64,000 nucleotides of DNA, taken from assembly GCA_009914755.4 (NCBI GenBank), contig CP086569.2, positions 4,640,001 through 4,704,000 of the forward strand, written 5' to 3'. Positions 48,101-63,929 of the stretch are shown here, in pieces. Every line of letters starts with the position of its first letter. Position 1 is the first letter of the stretch. The position numbers and the translations under genes were made by a program. The notes beneath the pieces were generated by a model. It had not been told where the DNA came from. It ran no database searches and was given only the letters and a program-made list of their open reading frames with translations. Source of the stretch: the human T2T-CHM13v2.0 reference genome, Homo sapiens.

Positions 48101-49440
48101 TAAGTTACTTCAAGGCCCTTTGCAAAGGGAAAAAAAAATCCTGTGATATTTTACAAAAAGCAGTAGACATCTAGGACATTCTTTCCTTGTCCCTTGGCTC
48201 TGCACGTATTATCAATTTGACTGTATTGATTCATTAACCATCAATAACTAAAAACCTATGGCTTGTCCAGCATTGCAATACTTTAAATGTTAAGGGTGGC
48301 CCTTAAAGAAATTTTGGAGAGTTCTGTCTTTGAAAAGCTTATATTCTAATAGGGCTAAAACAATGAACAACAACAACAACAAAGTAATATATAGTCACAT
48401 TAAATTGAATTCAACAAATATTCGTTGTCACTCTACATTACAGTACACCAAGTATAGTGCAGGTTTTATAGACTCTGAAAGTGGAAGGGACCGGAAAGAT
48501 AATTTAGTCCAAACCCCTCATTTTACAGATAAGAAAAGGAAGGCTCAGAGATGAGATATGAGTGCTACAGGAGTTCATGTAAGGTATTGGGTGATAGCAT
48601 GAATTAATTTATTCCACAAACATACTTGTTCCCTGCTTTCCAACGTGTTTAGAATTTTAAAACACCATCATGTAGGGCTTTTTAATTACCTTTGCTCAAA
48701 TTTAATAATAGTATCTTATCAGAAAGTTAAATGTATCCAAAACTTGTTTGTTTTTTGTTGCAGTAAACAATTTCCCACTCTGACTCAGATCTAGAAAATA
48801 CTGTTTCCCAAATTTTGTATTGAATAGAGATTATTAAAAGCACCTGTATTGTGCATATTATGTTATAAAACATAAAAAATGATGTTTTGATATGGAAAAC
48901 AAGTGAATGGATTCAAGTATCAATGCATTATTTTATTTTTTTAAAAAAATGACTGGAAAAGCCCATTTACTTAAAATGGCTAGAAATATACATTCCTGGA
49001 AGGATGGTTTTATTTTTATAAATGCATATTTACTCTAAATAGTTAAGTACACATTTCCTTTAAGTTTTAAATATAATCTGGGGAAGATTTTGAGTGCATT
49101 CTCTAAAATTTGATGTTTGCTACATAATCTCATTCTCTATGCCAGGGCATATGTGCGTTTGTTAGGGAGTATGGGTCAGGCAAACGTAGGCAGGAAAATT
49201 ATGCCAAAGCAAAGCTTTCCCTTCTTTCCTGAGTAATCGTAGACTGCTTTATTTTACTTTGTGACAGAGGAAGAGGGGAGGAGAAAGGAAATCAAATAGA
49301 GAAGAAAGAGAACTACCAGAGCGTTGGATGATAGGGCCTGATTTTCTCTTCAGTGTGAAATATGGAAGCTTTTTGAAACTGCCTTGGATAGCTTGTCTCT
49401 TTTACTTCTCATATTATATATTTAGAATACCTTAAGTGTT

Positions 49441-49768
<328 letters not shown>

Positions 49769-51728
49769 TTATTTGATGGTTGTTTGCTAGGTTGTGAGAA
49801 TCAAAATCTTCCAAAACATGAATACATTAAATTTTTTTAAAGAGAGGCTTAAGAATAGGTAATACACACACCAAACACACAAACAGGACAAAACCTTTAC
49901 ATGAGAGCTCCTCAGGCAGAATTTCCTTTGCCTTTCTTTTTAGATCGGGAAAGAATTTGCTCAGTTTGTCAGTGACGTTTTACCCTTCAGTCTGCCTCCA
50001 CAGTTCTTAAAGCTTTCCTTGTCTGCAGCCTTTCTTAGTCCATGAATTCAGTTTTAGCATCCATAAAATAAAGCAGTTACAATATGTGCTGGCCATTTTA
50101 TAATGGCCATGAGTGCAAAGCAGGATTACTTAAGAAAGAGCATTTGAATTCACTGAAAGTCACAGACATTCTGAATGCCTCAGAACTGCATACAGGAGTA
50201 AACAGATATGGGAATATAAGGCTAATGTTCAAAACTTGGATAGCTGGCATATATAACAGAATCAAAACACTTTAGAAAGAAATAGAACCAATATACAATT
50301 ACTAATCAATCAGCATCACTGCTAACGACTTGTTATTTTAAACTCCAGTTTCTAGGAAATTACATTCTATTCCTGTGCTTCTCAAACTATAATGTGCAGA
50401 CAGATCATCTAGAAATGTTAAAATGCAGATTCTGATTCAGTAGATTCTAGGTGAGGCTGAAATTCTGCATTTCTAACAAGCTCCCTGTACACATGGAAGC
50501 TGCTGCCCCTCAAACTACAGTTATCCAAAAGGCGCTGATCCATAGTCTGGTAAACAAGCATGATAAAGATGAAGTAAGCCAAGGGTAACAGGATTTCTTA
50601 AAAGAAAAAAGAAACAATTTAGGTATGTGCAATGGATGAAAGTTTTAAATTCAACTAGATTTACAATTATTTGCATTTAGAGGTTAAATTTGATTTTAAC
50701 CTTTGGTGTGACTATATTGGTTGAAACTGTAGTTCAGAATAACAACCAGTTGCTTGTCCATTTTGCAGTCAAATCTATTTCATGGACACTTTGTACATAC
50801 GATTATACCATTTCAAAAATGAAAACCATTCGTCATACAGTGTCAATGGTGTACCAATATCTTAAAATCTTTTTAAAGAAATCCAAAAGCTGTGAGAAGT
50901 CTTAGTATAGTATAGACCCCTAAAGATATTGGTTTGTAAAATATCAGAATTGAACATATCAGCTAATCATTCAGATTTTAGAGTGGAATATCCAATTAGA
51001 TTTTCATTTACCTAATTTGAAGAACTTCTTTTTATTTTCTTATTAGTCACATTTTGCAGAACAACAACAGCAACAACGAAAGACACTTGGTAGAGATTAT
51101 TTTGTATTTGCTGTCTCAAAATAAAAGTCCTCAAAGTGGGAACAAAGGTAAATTAGACACCATGCTAACCACTTTCCTCACAACTAGACTTTTATCTTAG
51201 AATACAGCCGAATAGTCACTTAATCTAAGTGAAACTTTCATTCATTATTAGTTTAGGAAAACTTTCATAGTTCTCATTTCTTTATGTGCAGCTCAGAAAC
51301 AGTATCAAGTTAAAACACATGACATTGAAAGCAACCATTGAAATAAGTGTAAATGTTTAAATTGTGCTTGCTAGGAGACACGGTATAGTTCTAGCAGGGT
51401 TAGGAAAACAACTGAAAGTTTTCACTTCAGCGTTGGAATTCATGTCTTAATTGTACCATTGAGATTCAGAAGCCATCACCTTCCCGATGAAACTGTACTA
51501 GTCTTTTCTAAGCTCTGATACTTACAGGAACAGCAAAGTCTGTTTAGTGGTAATAATTTGAGGATCTCAGTGAGATAAAGGGCCAATTGGATTAAAATGT
51601 TCTTGTAAGTGCTAAATGAACTTGAGTGTCTGCCAAAATTGCCTTGGATTTCATTACTCTTAACATTACTTAATAATGTTAAGCTAGCGCCCACGTGGGT
51701 ATGAACCCCAATCTTGCTAACAGTTTTC

Positions 51729-52113
51729 TGTATTGGTCTGTTCTTGCATTGCTATAAAGAACTACCTGAGACTGGGTAATTTATAAAGAAAAAAGGTTTA
51801 ACTGACTCACAGTTCTACAGGCTGTATAGGAAGCATGGCTAGGGGAGGCCTCAGGAAACTGACAATCATGGCAGAAGGCTAAGAGGAAGGAGTCACGTCT
51901 TATATGGCCAAAGCAGGAGGAAGACGGAGCAGGTGCAGGTGCCACACACTTTTAAACAACCAGAACTCGTGAGAACTCACTCACTATCACAAGAACAGCA
52001 AGGGGAAAATCCACCCCCATGATCCTATCACCTTCCACCAGGCCCCTCCTTCAACACTGGGGATTAAAACTGGACCTGAGATTTGGGTAGGGACCCGAAT
52101 CCAAACCATACCA
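51729..52113 (-). mobile_element. THE1/MST-type (MaLR) solo LTR in reverse orientation.
   Basis: Reverse complement of the THE1 consensus: tattggtctgttcttgcattgctataaagaactacctgagactgggtaatttataaag…cacgtcttatatggcc…cttttaaacaaccagaactcgtgagaactcactcactatcacaagaacagcaaggggaaaatccacccccatgatcctatcacc…ggggattaaaactggacctgagatttgggtagggac. Confidence 0.85.
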
Positions 52114-52337
52114 TTTAAGCATAGACTGTTTCCATGTACCTAATGGGGCACGTATAGCAGCCAAAATACCCTATATCATTTTAGGGTTTTTTTTTTTTTT
52201 TTTTTTTGAGAGGGAAAATCCAAAATATACAAAAAGGAAAAGAAATATAAGAATCAAGACAAAATAAACAGATAGCAAAACATCTTCATACTCTATTATC
52301 AAAGAATAGAGAAGAAAACTTACTCTATGGTAAATAG

Positions 52338-52653
<316 letters not shown>

Positions 52654-55265
52654 TCATGTTTTAAGACAATGAGAAACAATTGAGTTAATTTACAATGGCA
52701 TTAAAATAAAAAATCATATGTAATTAAATACATGCCAAAAATCAGACTATCTCAGACTCATAACTGGAAAAAATATGAAATAATTTCTTGGCCTGATCCA
52801 GCAAATATTAGAATGGTTCAAAATATTAAACAAAATAATGATGTCAGACTATTCCAATTCAGTTTCATAACTTTAAGTCATTTATATTTCCAGCTTCAGA
52901 ATCAATTTGAGTAGATCTTAGAATGAGTTTAATTACAGGAAAATATTACATAACTGGATGAAATTTTAATCATAAATCACAGACTTGAAGAATAGATTTT
53001 AAAGAGATGGCAGTGAAGGTTGAGCAATATTAGCCAGAAGACAATACTGTATAATACATACTAAATGTCTAAGTACTTACAATTGCTAATAATATGATAG
53101 GATCACAAAAGAATTAGTAAGAACTTTAAAGGAAATGGATTAATTATATTCATTAGAAAAAAAATTACAATTCTCAGTTACAATTAGGTTCCAGGATAAG
53201 GACTGACAACTCAAATAAGCATCATGATTCAGAGAAATGGAAGACACTTTGAGAACATGATATACAGTATTTCCTTTACAATATCATTACACTTTTTATA
53301 TTTTTATATCCTATGCCAATGATAGCAACTATTAGGTCGAAGCAAAAATAATTGTGGGTTTTCCCATTAATAGATCACCCAAGAACATGCTTTGGTTGTA
53401 ACTGAAACTACTAAGTTTTTGAAACAGGTAAACTAAAAATCAAAGCAGATTTATCATGAAACTTAACACAAAAACTAAACAAAATACTGGAAATAGCACT
53501 TTGCAGTAACTACTAAAAGCAATATCACTAATATCACAGATTTTACTATGTAAATAATTACATTATCACTTTTAAATTGCTTTCATTGCATTTTAGGGTA
53601 CTCTGGCAGATTTTTTTTCATCTGAATCTCACAACAGTTCTGTGAAACAGGTATTGCATATATTATATATTTTTAACATATGAGGAAAGAGGCAAGACAA
53701 ATTTTTCTATTCTTAAAATCACATACCTTTTAGGTGTCAGAGACAATAATAGATCCTTGTTCTTATCCCTGGAATAATATTTGTTTTATCAGCTAATATA
53801 TGCACCAATTTATTAGGTTCAAATATAATTAAGGATATATATTAAATAACAATTTAGAATATATTATATTTACTTTTTTAGAAGTTTTAAATTTGTACTA
53901 CAGAGTTTCAGTGAGCACTTATTGAATCTTATTCGGCAAAACTATTGTAATATCCCTGGCTTTAGTAATTTAAAACATGTATTAACATAACTATACAATT
54001 ATACAGTAGTCAATAGTGGACTAGGAAATAAGGATGTTATCAGATTGAACAAGAAAGGAATACTAAGTTGGAAAACAAGTTAGGATTTGGTTCTATTTTC
54101 AAATAATTTCGGAAACCAGAGTCAAACTTCAAAGGATTGTCTTCTCTGTGAAGATAAAAATATTTGAAATAATAGGTCTAGAGGGAGAGTATTTGGGAGC
54201 AAAAAGGAAAATTATGGCTATGGGTTGGCTCAGATATAGACTGTTAATAATACACTAAGGTGTATTACTCTGGCTAAGTACTGGTAATGCTTGATCACAG
54301 AACTTTGGTAGGTTTCAAGTTTCTAATTTTATTTGAATTACATTCAAGCATTTCCGTAATAGAGTTCTGTAATAGTAGTTAACCATGTGGGGTGAATAGG
54401 TTTATCCACTGAGCTCATACTTTGTTTTCCATTGGAAGAACTAGATTATTAGAAACTATTACAAAAATATATTTTGCTGTTAGAGAAGCAAACCCTGTTT
54501 AGTTTCTTTAGTGAATACCATGAGTTAATTAGTAGACTTAAAAATATAAATGATGACACATATTGTGCTGAAGTGCCACCGAATATAAGAAAAACACTAT
54601 CCTTTTTGTAAAGTTTCCTTAAAACTACAGTTCTACATAAAGGTGATATTTATTCGTGAATGTTTTCTTGAAAGAAGCCTTTACATATAACCATTTAACA
54701 CTTCAAACAACCCTGCGGATTAGCTGGAGCAGACATTTTTAGCCTCCCTTTCTTTTGTCCATTTCTGTTTTTCAAATGAAGAATTGAGCTACTAGTCCAG
54801 ATTAGCTAAATGGCTTGCCTAAAGTCATCGTCAATTTAGTTAGGAGTAACTTAAGATTCCATGAGCTTTTCACCATTGCCATGTAGACTGAGTTACTGGT
54901 GGTAGATAATTTAACCTAGGAATTATGTAGTGATTTGAGATTTTTAATAAAGGAAGGAAAAGAGAGGAAATGTTTCTCAGATATAGAATCTAGGTTAGGG
55001 ATAACATTTCTTTGCAGAAAAAAATACAAATTGTGATGAGATATTCAGATTCTACTGAATTAGCAATACACTGAGGTAAATCATGACTAGCAACGTTTTG
55101 ATGAAAATATACTTGTTTGCTGTTGGGGTATTCATTCTGTTCTCATTATTAGTGGCTCCAAATGAAGAAAGTAGGAATTATTGTAGTGAAATGCATGTCC
55201 CTAGGCATTCTATAATAACCTGGAATTTCTAGTTTATTTGATTTTCCTGTTTTTACTTAGGAAGG

Positions 55266-55633
55266 TGATATGGTTTGGCTCTGTGTCCCCACCCAAATCT
55301 CAGCTTGTAGCTCCTATAATTCCCACGTGTTGTGGGAGGGACCTGGTTGGGGATGATTGAATCATAGGGGCGGGTTTTTCTATGCTGTTCTCATGATAGT
55401 GAATGGGTATCATGATATCTGATGGTTTTAAAAATGGGAGTTTCTCTGCACAACCTCTTTCTTTGCCTGCTGCCATCTATATAAGATGTGACTGGCTCCT
55501 CCTTGCCATCTGCCATGATTGTGAGGCTTCCCCAGCTACGTGGAACTGTGAGTTCTCCATTAAACCTCTTTCCTTTGTAAATTGCCCAGTCTTGGGTATA
55601 TCTTTATCAGCAATGTGAAAACAGACTGATACA
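55266..55633 (+). mobile_element. THE1/MST-type (MaLR) solo LTR, forward orientation.
   Basis: tgatatggtttggctctgtgtccccacccaaatctcagcttgtagctcctataattcccacgtgttgtgggagggacctggttgg…ccatgattgtgaggcttccccagctacgtggaactgtgagttctccattaaacctctttcctttgtaaattgcccagtcttgggtatatctttatcagcaatgtgaaaacagactgatacag matches the THE1B consensus from end to end. Confidence 0.9.
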
Positions 55634-58592
55634 GAAGGTCATTTCTGATATTTTTTTGTCTTTGTGCATAACTTGTGCTCTTTTGGAAGTAACTTAAAAC
55701 ACAAATACTGTTTAACTATGAGCTATGAACAGTTACACCTACTGACTTAACGTGTGTTTTCCAGAAGGTTCCATTCCCTTTGAAGTGACTTGCCCAAGGT
55801 CACAAAAGCAACTTAGTGGCAGTCTGAAATAGAATTTAGGTCTGCTTGGTCAGTGTGCTTTTCACTATATTGTCCTGTCACATCTTTCACCACAGTAAAA
55901 GGGCTTATGTACATTTTTTTAAATCACATGTATAATGATCATATAGCCCAAAATAGTCCAGTGTTAAAACTAGTTTTGGTTATAGATTTGAATGGTAAAT
56001 ACCAAACTAATGTGTGTTAAATAGTAAAACGGTGACTCTTTTTCAACAAATTAAAGACATAAAAATACTAACTCATTAACTAATTTTCTGAATGAAACTT
56101 AAATTTTATAAAGCAATGTTACATATGTTATAACATTTACCTTCTTGAATGTTAGGGACGTCTCCTACATGAGGTTTTATGCTACAATTTAAACTTTAAA
56201 TTTTACGGAAATATCACTATAATACCTTACTGCAACTTAGATCTCTCTTGAATCCAAGAAGTTTGTTTTGCAGAAATACTGTAAGAACAGTTTTATAGTC
56301 ATCTTAATTTTTGTAGCAGGTCCCTATGACTTAAGACCCCAAAATACATTAAGGTAAAGTTTTAATGTTCCATAAACAATACCAATCATCCAATTTATGG
56401 AACTTATGTTTTGCTTATTTACAGAAAAATAAATATTTGCCCCATTTTAAATATTTTAAAGGTGTTTGCTCTATTGCTAAAAATGTCTAACACATTAGAC
56501 TTTTAATAGATTAATGGAATGGAGTTGTAAACTATTCTTCAGCAAACATACCTTTAAAGGTCATGCTGTTCTCAAAACATAAATTAACAAGTTTGGTTAA
56601 GTGCAAGGAAGTAGTATAAAAGCCAGCAACCTCAGTTATATTTTAGTCTTGTTATATTTGTTTGAATGAAAATTTATCTTACATAGCTATCTTTTTTTTC
56701 CAAAATGTAAAAGATTTTCCTTGTGAACAGACAGCATTTGATCTAACATAGTTATTGGTCTATTAATTTTTTGTGTGTTCTTTTCTACCAGAGCCATGTA
56801 TTCTTACTGCATAGTATACATTTTTAGAGTAAATTCTTTTAAGAAATAATTTGAACATCTTTAATTTTCAGAGAAAATTTTAGGTGTAGTTTTTTTAATT
56901 GCATAACTATTTGAAACTACTATATAGATAAATTTTGAAATTTTAGTAATGTGGTGAAAAAATTCAATGAGAAAGAATCTCCTTGATTCAGAAGCTACTG
57001 AAGACAAACAAGTAAAGTTGGAAACTGTTAAAGGACTAAAAGGGCAGAAAAATTGTCAATATCATTTTCTTATCTCTTCTAGATATAGCTGACTTGATAA
57101 ACTGATTATTAAAAGTAACAAGTTCAAATAACTGAAAAACCCAAGTTCATTTTGAACCAAAGATTATGGTTAAAATACCAATGCCAAATTTACCAAAATA
57201 ATTACATTTTGCATACTGGATAATCATTATATATGTAGTTGGTACAAATTTATCCTTAGTTATCTATATCTTAGATGTCTACTTCTGTGCCTCTGTGAAG
57301 CAGGAGGTAGTCTAATTATTTCCATGGTATGAATATAGAAATTGAGACTTGCCTAAATGTACAAAGACAGTAAATGGCCACATCAGGGATCACACTCACA
57401 TCTTTTTCACTTCACAGTCCAGATTTTTAACCAGAATGCGAAATATAAATGTATTTTTGTTTATATTTTGAAATATCATTTAACTATATTAATAATTACT
57501 ATGCACATAAACTTTTCAATTTCTTTTTAGATAAATGTTTTATATTATATCCATTTCTCAGCTTTATTAACTGTGTTAGGAGTGCAGAACACCGTGCCTT
57601 GAGGAAACATAAAAGTACATCAGTTAAACTGAATATTAAGGTTTTTCTTCTTTCTTCTGGACAGCTTAATTGTAGGAGAAATATTCTACCTATAAAATTG
57701 CCTGTCGTTAACAATTCAGTAACAGCCTGGTGAATGTGAACACACACACTTTAAGTGTCTAATTTAAAACTAGATTTTCTCCTTTGATAATTCTACTTTT
57801 GTTGTAGATTATATAATGAGTTTAAGCAAATTAAAATTATAGATGGCTTGTGATCTTTCTCATCAAAGATGATTGCATTTTTGTTTCACTTGTATTAGAA
57901 ATTTGACAGATTTGATCTAGAGGCATGTACAGTTTTGATTTTTAATGGATTTGCTTGGACAATCTCAAGTTAAAATAAGAACTTTCAATTCTAGTCTCTG
58001 TTCAGAAATCCTGACTCATAATACTGAGATAAATACTGGAGGGATAAAATGTCTCTCAGCATTAAATAACTAAATAACATTTGTTTGAACTGTGAAGGGA
58101 GAATTGAGTTTATTTATAATCCATCTGCATAATACATCTAGTTGAATCAATCAATTATTTTAACTGATTTTCTTCCAAATTAACTGCTGGTTTTATTTTT
58201 ATGTGGACATTAGCCTTATTGTCCAAAAAACTCACTCTATATTTCTACTTAAGACAATTAAAATGCAGCAATTCCTTATTCTTTAATCATATCCTTAGGG
58301 TATTTAGTCAGAATGGAATATTATGAGTCAAAGATATTGATCAGAAGTCAGTCAAAATTTAAAATATCTTCTCTTGGATTTATTTTCTTCAAAACTATTA
58401 TCATGCAATAATGATGCAAATGAAGTACAGACAAAAACATAGATGAACACAGATGCATTTGCTTGATAAGTACAGACAAGGAAACAGCATGGTAGAAATT
58501 TGCCCAACTAGACTTTCATTCTAGTAGCTAAGCTTTATACTTTTTTTCTTAACTTGATATTTTAAAAACTTGAAAAAAAGAAAAGAATCAGC

Positions 58593-58781
58593 ATCACTTC
58601 TCAGCCTTTTGGCTAAGATAGAGTGTAGTATCTGTTCCTATCAGTTTAATATCTGATGTATCCTCTGTCCGAGGACAATATATTACATGGATTTTTGGAG
58701 CAGGGAGATGGAATAGGAGCATGCTCTGTCCACTCCACACATTGACCTGGTATTGCAGTACCTCCAAGAACGGTGTTCCCC
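58593..58781 (+). pseudogene. RNU2-P: U2 spliceosomal snRNA pseudogene, full length (about 188 nt, roughly 90% identical to RNU2-1).
   Basis: atcacttctcagccttttggctaagatagagtgtagtatctgttcctatcagtttaatatctgat…ccgaggacaatatattacatggatttttggagcagggagatggaataggagcatgctctgtccactccacacattgacctggtattgcagtacctccaagaacggtgttccc aligns with U2 (AUCGCUUCUCGGCCUUUUGGCUAAGAUCAAGUGUAGUAUCUGUUCUUAUCAGUUUAAUAUCUGAUACGUCCUCUAUCCGAGGACAAUAUAUUAAAUGGAUUUUUGGAGCAGGGAGAUGGAAUAGGAGCUUGCUCCGUCCACUCCACGCAUCGACCUGGUAUUGCAGUACCUCCAGGAACGGUGCACCC). Most differences are CpG-to-TpG or CpA changes. Confidence 0.9.
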
Positions 58782-58806
58782 TCGGGGGTTAAAACACAGT
58801 GTTACG

Positions 58807-59231
<425 letters not shown>

Positions 59232-60679
59232 TTAGAAACTATGTTTCTCTTGCTAATATTCAGTATCACTTTGTTACTTGAAAATTCTACTTTTCACAGA
59301 AAACAACCTATTTTTGTAGGACTTAGGTTGTCTTCCTGCTGTTAGGATATAATACCACTAGATAGCAGTGAGGTTGTAAGAACTCATTTCTTGTTGGAAT
59401 GTATTTTACTCAGACATGGATTATTTCTTCCTTTAATATATATAATATACATAATTTCTGAAATTATATAATAAATCATAAAATGTTTATATTCAAAATA
59501 TACTTTTAGAAATGAAGACTTAGGTCACATTTATTCTGTTTTCCTTATCATATATCATCAGTTAATACTTAATGAAACCCTACCCTTCACCAGAGATTTT
59601 GAATAGCTTATTTTTTACCTACTCCATATTTTCTATTTTCCAGAATTATCTCTTGAAAAAACTCATACATGCATAATTGAAATTAAAATTTTAGGATATT
59701 CCACAAAGTTGAATAGAGGTTTTAACTAAATCCATGACCTCCTAAACACAAATCTTTTTTTTCACTGACATTAAAAAAAGTGTATCTATAGATAAAATTT
59801 CTGTTATCCTTCAATTAATAATAAATCACAAACATACATAATTCTGTTAAGTAAAAGACCACATGTCTATTGAGGAATTGTACTAGGCTCACAAGAGTGA
59901 GTGTGAGATGATTACTAAGAGACTGTTTGCTATGAACAGTAAAACGCATTTTTTTGGTATAATGTGATATATGATATAAATGAGCTTGATAAGGTTGTTT
60001 AAAGATTCACAAAAGAAAGTAGATTTCTGGCCTTTCACTTGATTTACTATGAATTTCTGCAAAACTACTGAGTTTCCTGGTTGTGAAATAAAAATAATGA
60101 CTCTTTAACAATTTGTCTGACTGTGCAAATGAGTGATAAAACTTGAATAAAAATGTATTATTCAGAGTAGAACTGAAAGGTGTGAGGCTCTAGATGTTAA
60201 ACATTTATATTCATAAATTATCATAAACACTGAACAATGATATGTGTTCATAAGTAAATAAATAAGTTTTTTAAATTAGGTGTTACATATAACTTATAAA
60301 ACCAGATGAGATGCCACATAACAGAGTTGTATATTTTCTACACATTTTGCAAGTGCACTTATAAAGATATATGTCTATTATTCATATATTAGACATTAGT
60401 ATTTATGGAGAGGCATAGGTGGATACATATGTCCATATATTCTTGCTTAGACAAATGGCAATATAATCATTATACATATGTTCCTAAATAAAAATTTTGC
60501 ATTTATCGTGTATACTAATCAAGGAATAACAAACTAGATCATTTAAGGTTTCATTTACAGAATCAATTCCAAATATCTTTTATTGCTTTGACACTAGTAG
60601 CATTTTGACTCCTTTAGTACACCCTACAGCATTCCAGGTTAGGGGAGTTAAAAGGTCCGAGAAAGTTGCCAGGTTCACA

Positions 60680-60740
60680 TAGTAGGGAGATTGAACTGAT
60701 AGTAGGGAGATTGAACTGATAGTAGGGAGTTTCAACTGAT
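60680..60740. repeat. 20-bp tandem repeat, three copies (the third has two substitutions).
   Basis: tagtagggagattgaactga | tagtagggagattgaactga | tagtagggagtttcaactga. Confidence 0.9.
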
Positions 60741-60758
60741 ACCTCATTAAGGTTTTTG

Positions 60759-61052
<294 letters not shown>

Positions 61053-61859
61053 AAATATTTTTACATAACAATTTTCACACTCTTCCATTTTCTCTCCACT
61101 TTCTCTTTTCCTTCTACTCTCTTTTTTCCTTCTTCCATTGAATTTTCACTACTCTTTCTTCATAAAGTAAGTTGTTGAAAGATTAAATATTTTACTGCAG
61201 TTCACTCTGTTTTCTACTTCCATTCTTCTACAAGTAGGCCTCTATGTCAAAAAATAATCAGTTTGAAAATCTCCTTTATTATTCTGTTTTTAAGCATCTC
61301 TTTGTCTAAAAGTAAAAACAAAACGTACAATTAGGAATATGTGCTTTGGCTCTTTAAGGCAACTGCTTGCCCCATACTCTGACTTTAGCCCTCAATTGTC
61401 TTGGAGATGCACAGTAAAAGGATATATGCCTAGGAGAATAAGGCTTTGATGTACTGTATATCTAAATGTTGTCTGACAAAATTAACACAGAAAACTATGG
61501 ATATTTTTTCTTAGCGTTTGGAACAAACATGATACATAATAGATTATTTTGCTGTAATTAAAATGATTTTCTATGTCTAAGTTAATGTTCATGTACCTAG
61601 TTTTGGTTGTTTCCACTTAGCAGGTGAGGTAGCAATTGCTTTCTTTTGAAAATTTAGACCCTTTCTACTGCTATCATTGACTTTGGAAAAAAGGCAAAAC
61701 CAAAGGCAAATTAACCCTGTAATAAATATATTCAGTTGATCATTCATGTTAAGATACTTGATGGCTTACATTTAATATTAGGGATATTTATTTTACATTC
61801 AAAAGTTATTCATTTTTACTTAAAACATAGAAATGCTGTTTTTTAAAAAAAGGTTTATT

Positions 61860-62178
<319 letters not shown>

Positions 62179-63902
62179 TCAAGTAAAATGATTTAAATAA
62201 GAAGGGCAGTTACTTATTCAACTCAAAAGAATTTAAAAGGAAACATAAAGGATTTTAAACAGCAGTATTCATTTTCTGCCTTTGTTAGTCAACAAAAAAG
62301 AGGGTCTTGAGTCATAATGCAGACAAAAGGTAACATCGGCTGCATATTGTGCCTGAATAATGGAGATTTCTTCAACAGAAACTGTTTGAAAAACATTTGC
62401 ATGGAAGTAGTAGATTGCCTTTGATTATATTCAAGGGGAAGGAAATAGCCAAGCATGATTTTCCAGAATAAGGTAAACTTTTCTTTCATTAGTGAAAGTT
62501 ATATTTTTGGAGTGATATAAACACTTTAAAACACTTTATACACAAAGTGAATTCATATAGATAAATTACATATTTTAAAACCAGAAATATTTTCACATTA
62601 AAGCTGAAATTATACATGATATGAATGCAGTATTAGTTACTAATGATTTGTTTTGCAGAAAGATTCTTCATTGTGTAAATGAATTCATCATAGACTCCAA
62701 ATATCAAGCTCTCAGAATGTGTTAAAAATGGCATTTGTTATCAGTCCTCCAGGTGTTACATATGACTCCCAGTCACACTTAGATGACAGTATATGTGAAA
62801 GATGCTTAGGAGAGGCAAGAGTCTGAAAGGCCAACATATATTAAATAACTTTATTTAAATGAAACAATAAAATCCTGATTGATTTGAAAGCACACTGATG
62901 CATTATTAATGCACTTTCTTGAAGAATTGGTCTCGAGAGAAAATGCTTCACTGAAATAATTCAGGAAACTGCCCTTATGGCAAGTGGGGCAGATTCTCTT
63001 CCTGTCCTTCATAGCATTCTATATGTTTAAGGAGCAATGCTGACAATCATACACATGCATCTGCATGCACACATTAGAAGAGATGGAGTAACATGTCTAT
63101 CTAAGTTGTTGTTGGCAATCTGTGTTCCCCCTCAGTGGAAATCTTTCAAATTAAATTTGGGCAATTTTCTTTATGTAGATACTAGAAAAGGATTCTCTCT
63201 CAGCTCATATTTGTGTGTCTTTTGTCATTTTTTCTTCACAGTTATGGTTACCTATGCTAGTACAGTATGCTGCACATAATTTAGATCAATTAATTCTGTT
63301 GACTAAAATACACCTTTTTGGATCCCCTGTTTCCTGCTTCTCACCACCACACATTGTCTTGTCTGCTGTGCTTTTAACAGCTCTCAAATAAGAAATTTAT
63401 CTTTGCATATTTAAACATCCTACTCCTCACCCCATATTAAAGTTACATTATTAAGAAGGCCCACACATTCTGATAATTTCCATATATTTATTAATGCCCA
63501 CCTGCATGAAATAATTTTTCCTGCACATTTAGTTTTGTGCTTTTCCCAGATATTTGGAATAAATCTTTACTTATTGATGTAGTGATTTGTATGGAGAATT
63601 GCATATTAGTGGAAAGTCTGACTAAATATCTATATAGAATATATGATGTCGGACTACATGAAATTTCTATTTTTCAGGTCAAAATTGGTTAAATATCAGC
63701 AATTTTATCTATTTCAACCAGTAAACAAAGGTCACAGTTCAGATGTACTGAAACAGAGAAAATCATAATTATCGGTGGAACTATCTTCTGAATTTCTCCT
63801 CACATCTGCAGATTTGTCCGGACAATTACTTAGTCTTAAGTAAAAATTAGTGTTGGAGAAGTCTTTATGAATAATGCATACTTCTGGAGGAAGTGAGATT
63901 TG

Positions 63903-63929
63903 ATCACTTCTCAGCCTTTTGGCTAAGAT
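63903..63929 (+). repeat. U2 snRNA 5'-end-derived fragment (27 nt). It carries the same two CpG-decay variants as the 58593 pseudogene.
   Basis: atcacttctcagccttttggctaagat is identical to the first 27 nt of the U2 pseudogene at 58593. It diverges immediately afterwards (…aaaatgaaagtcag). Confidence 0.6.

Noticed and set aside
60680-60740. Short direct-repeat arrays (20 bp ×3 at 60680, 23 bp ×2.5 at 27262, 35 bp ×2 at 33051) considered as a CRISPR-like array or other prokaryotic repeat system.
   Set aside because: The window is unmistakably primate nuclear DNA, with Alu, L1 and MaLR content. The repeats are perfectly adjacent with no intervening unique spacers, no leader and no cas-like ORFs. 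They are simple tandem duplications.
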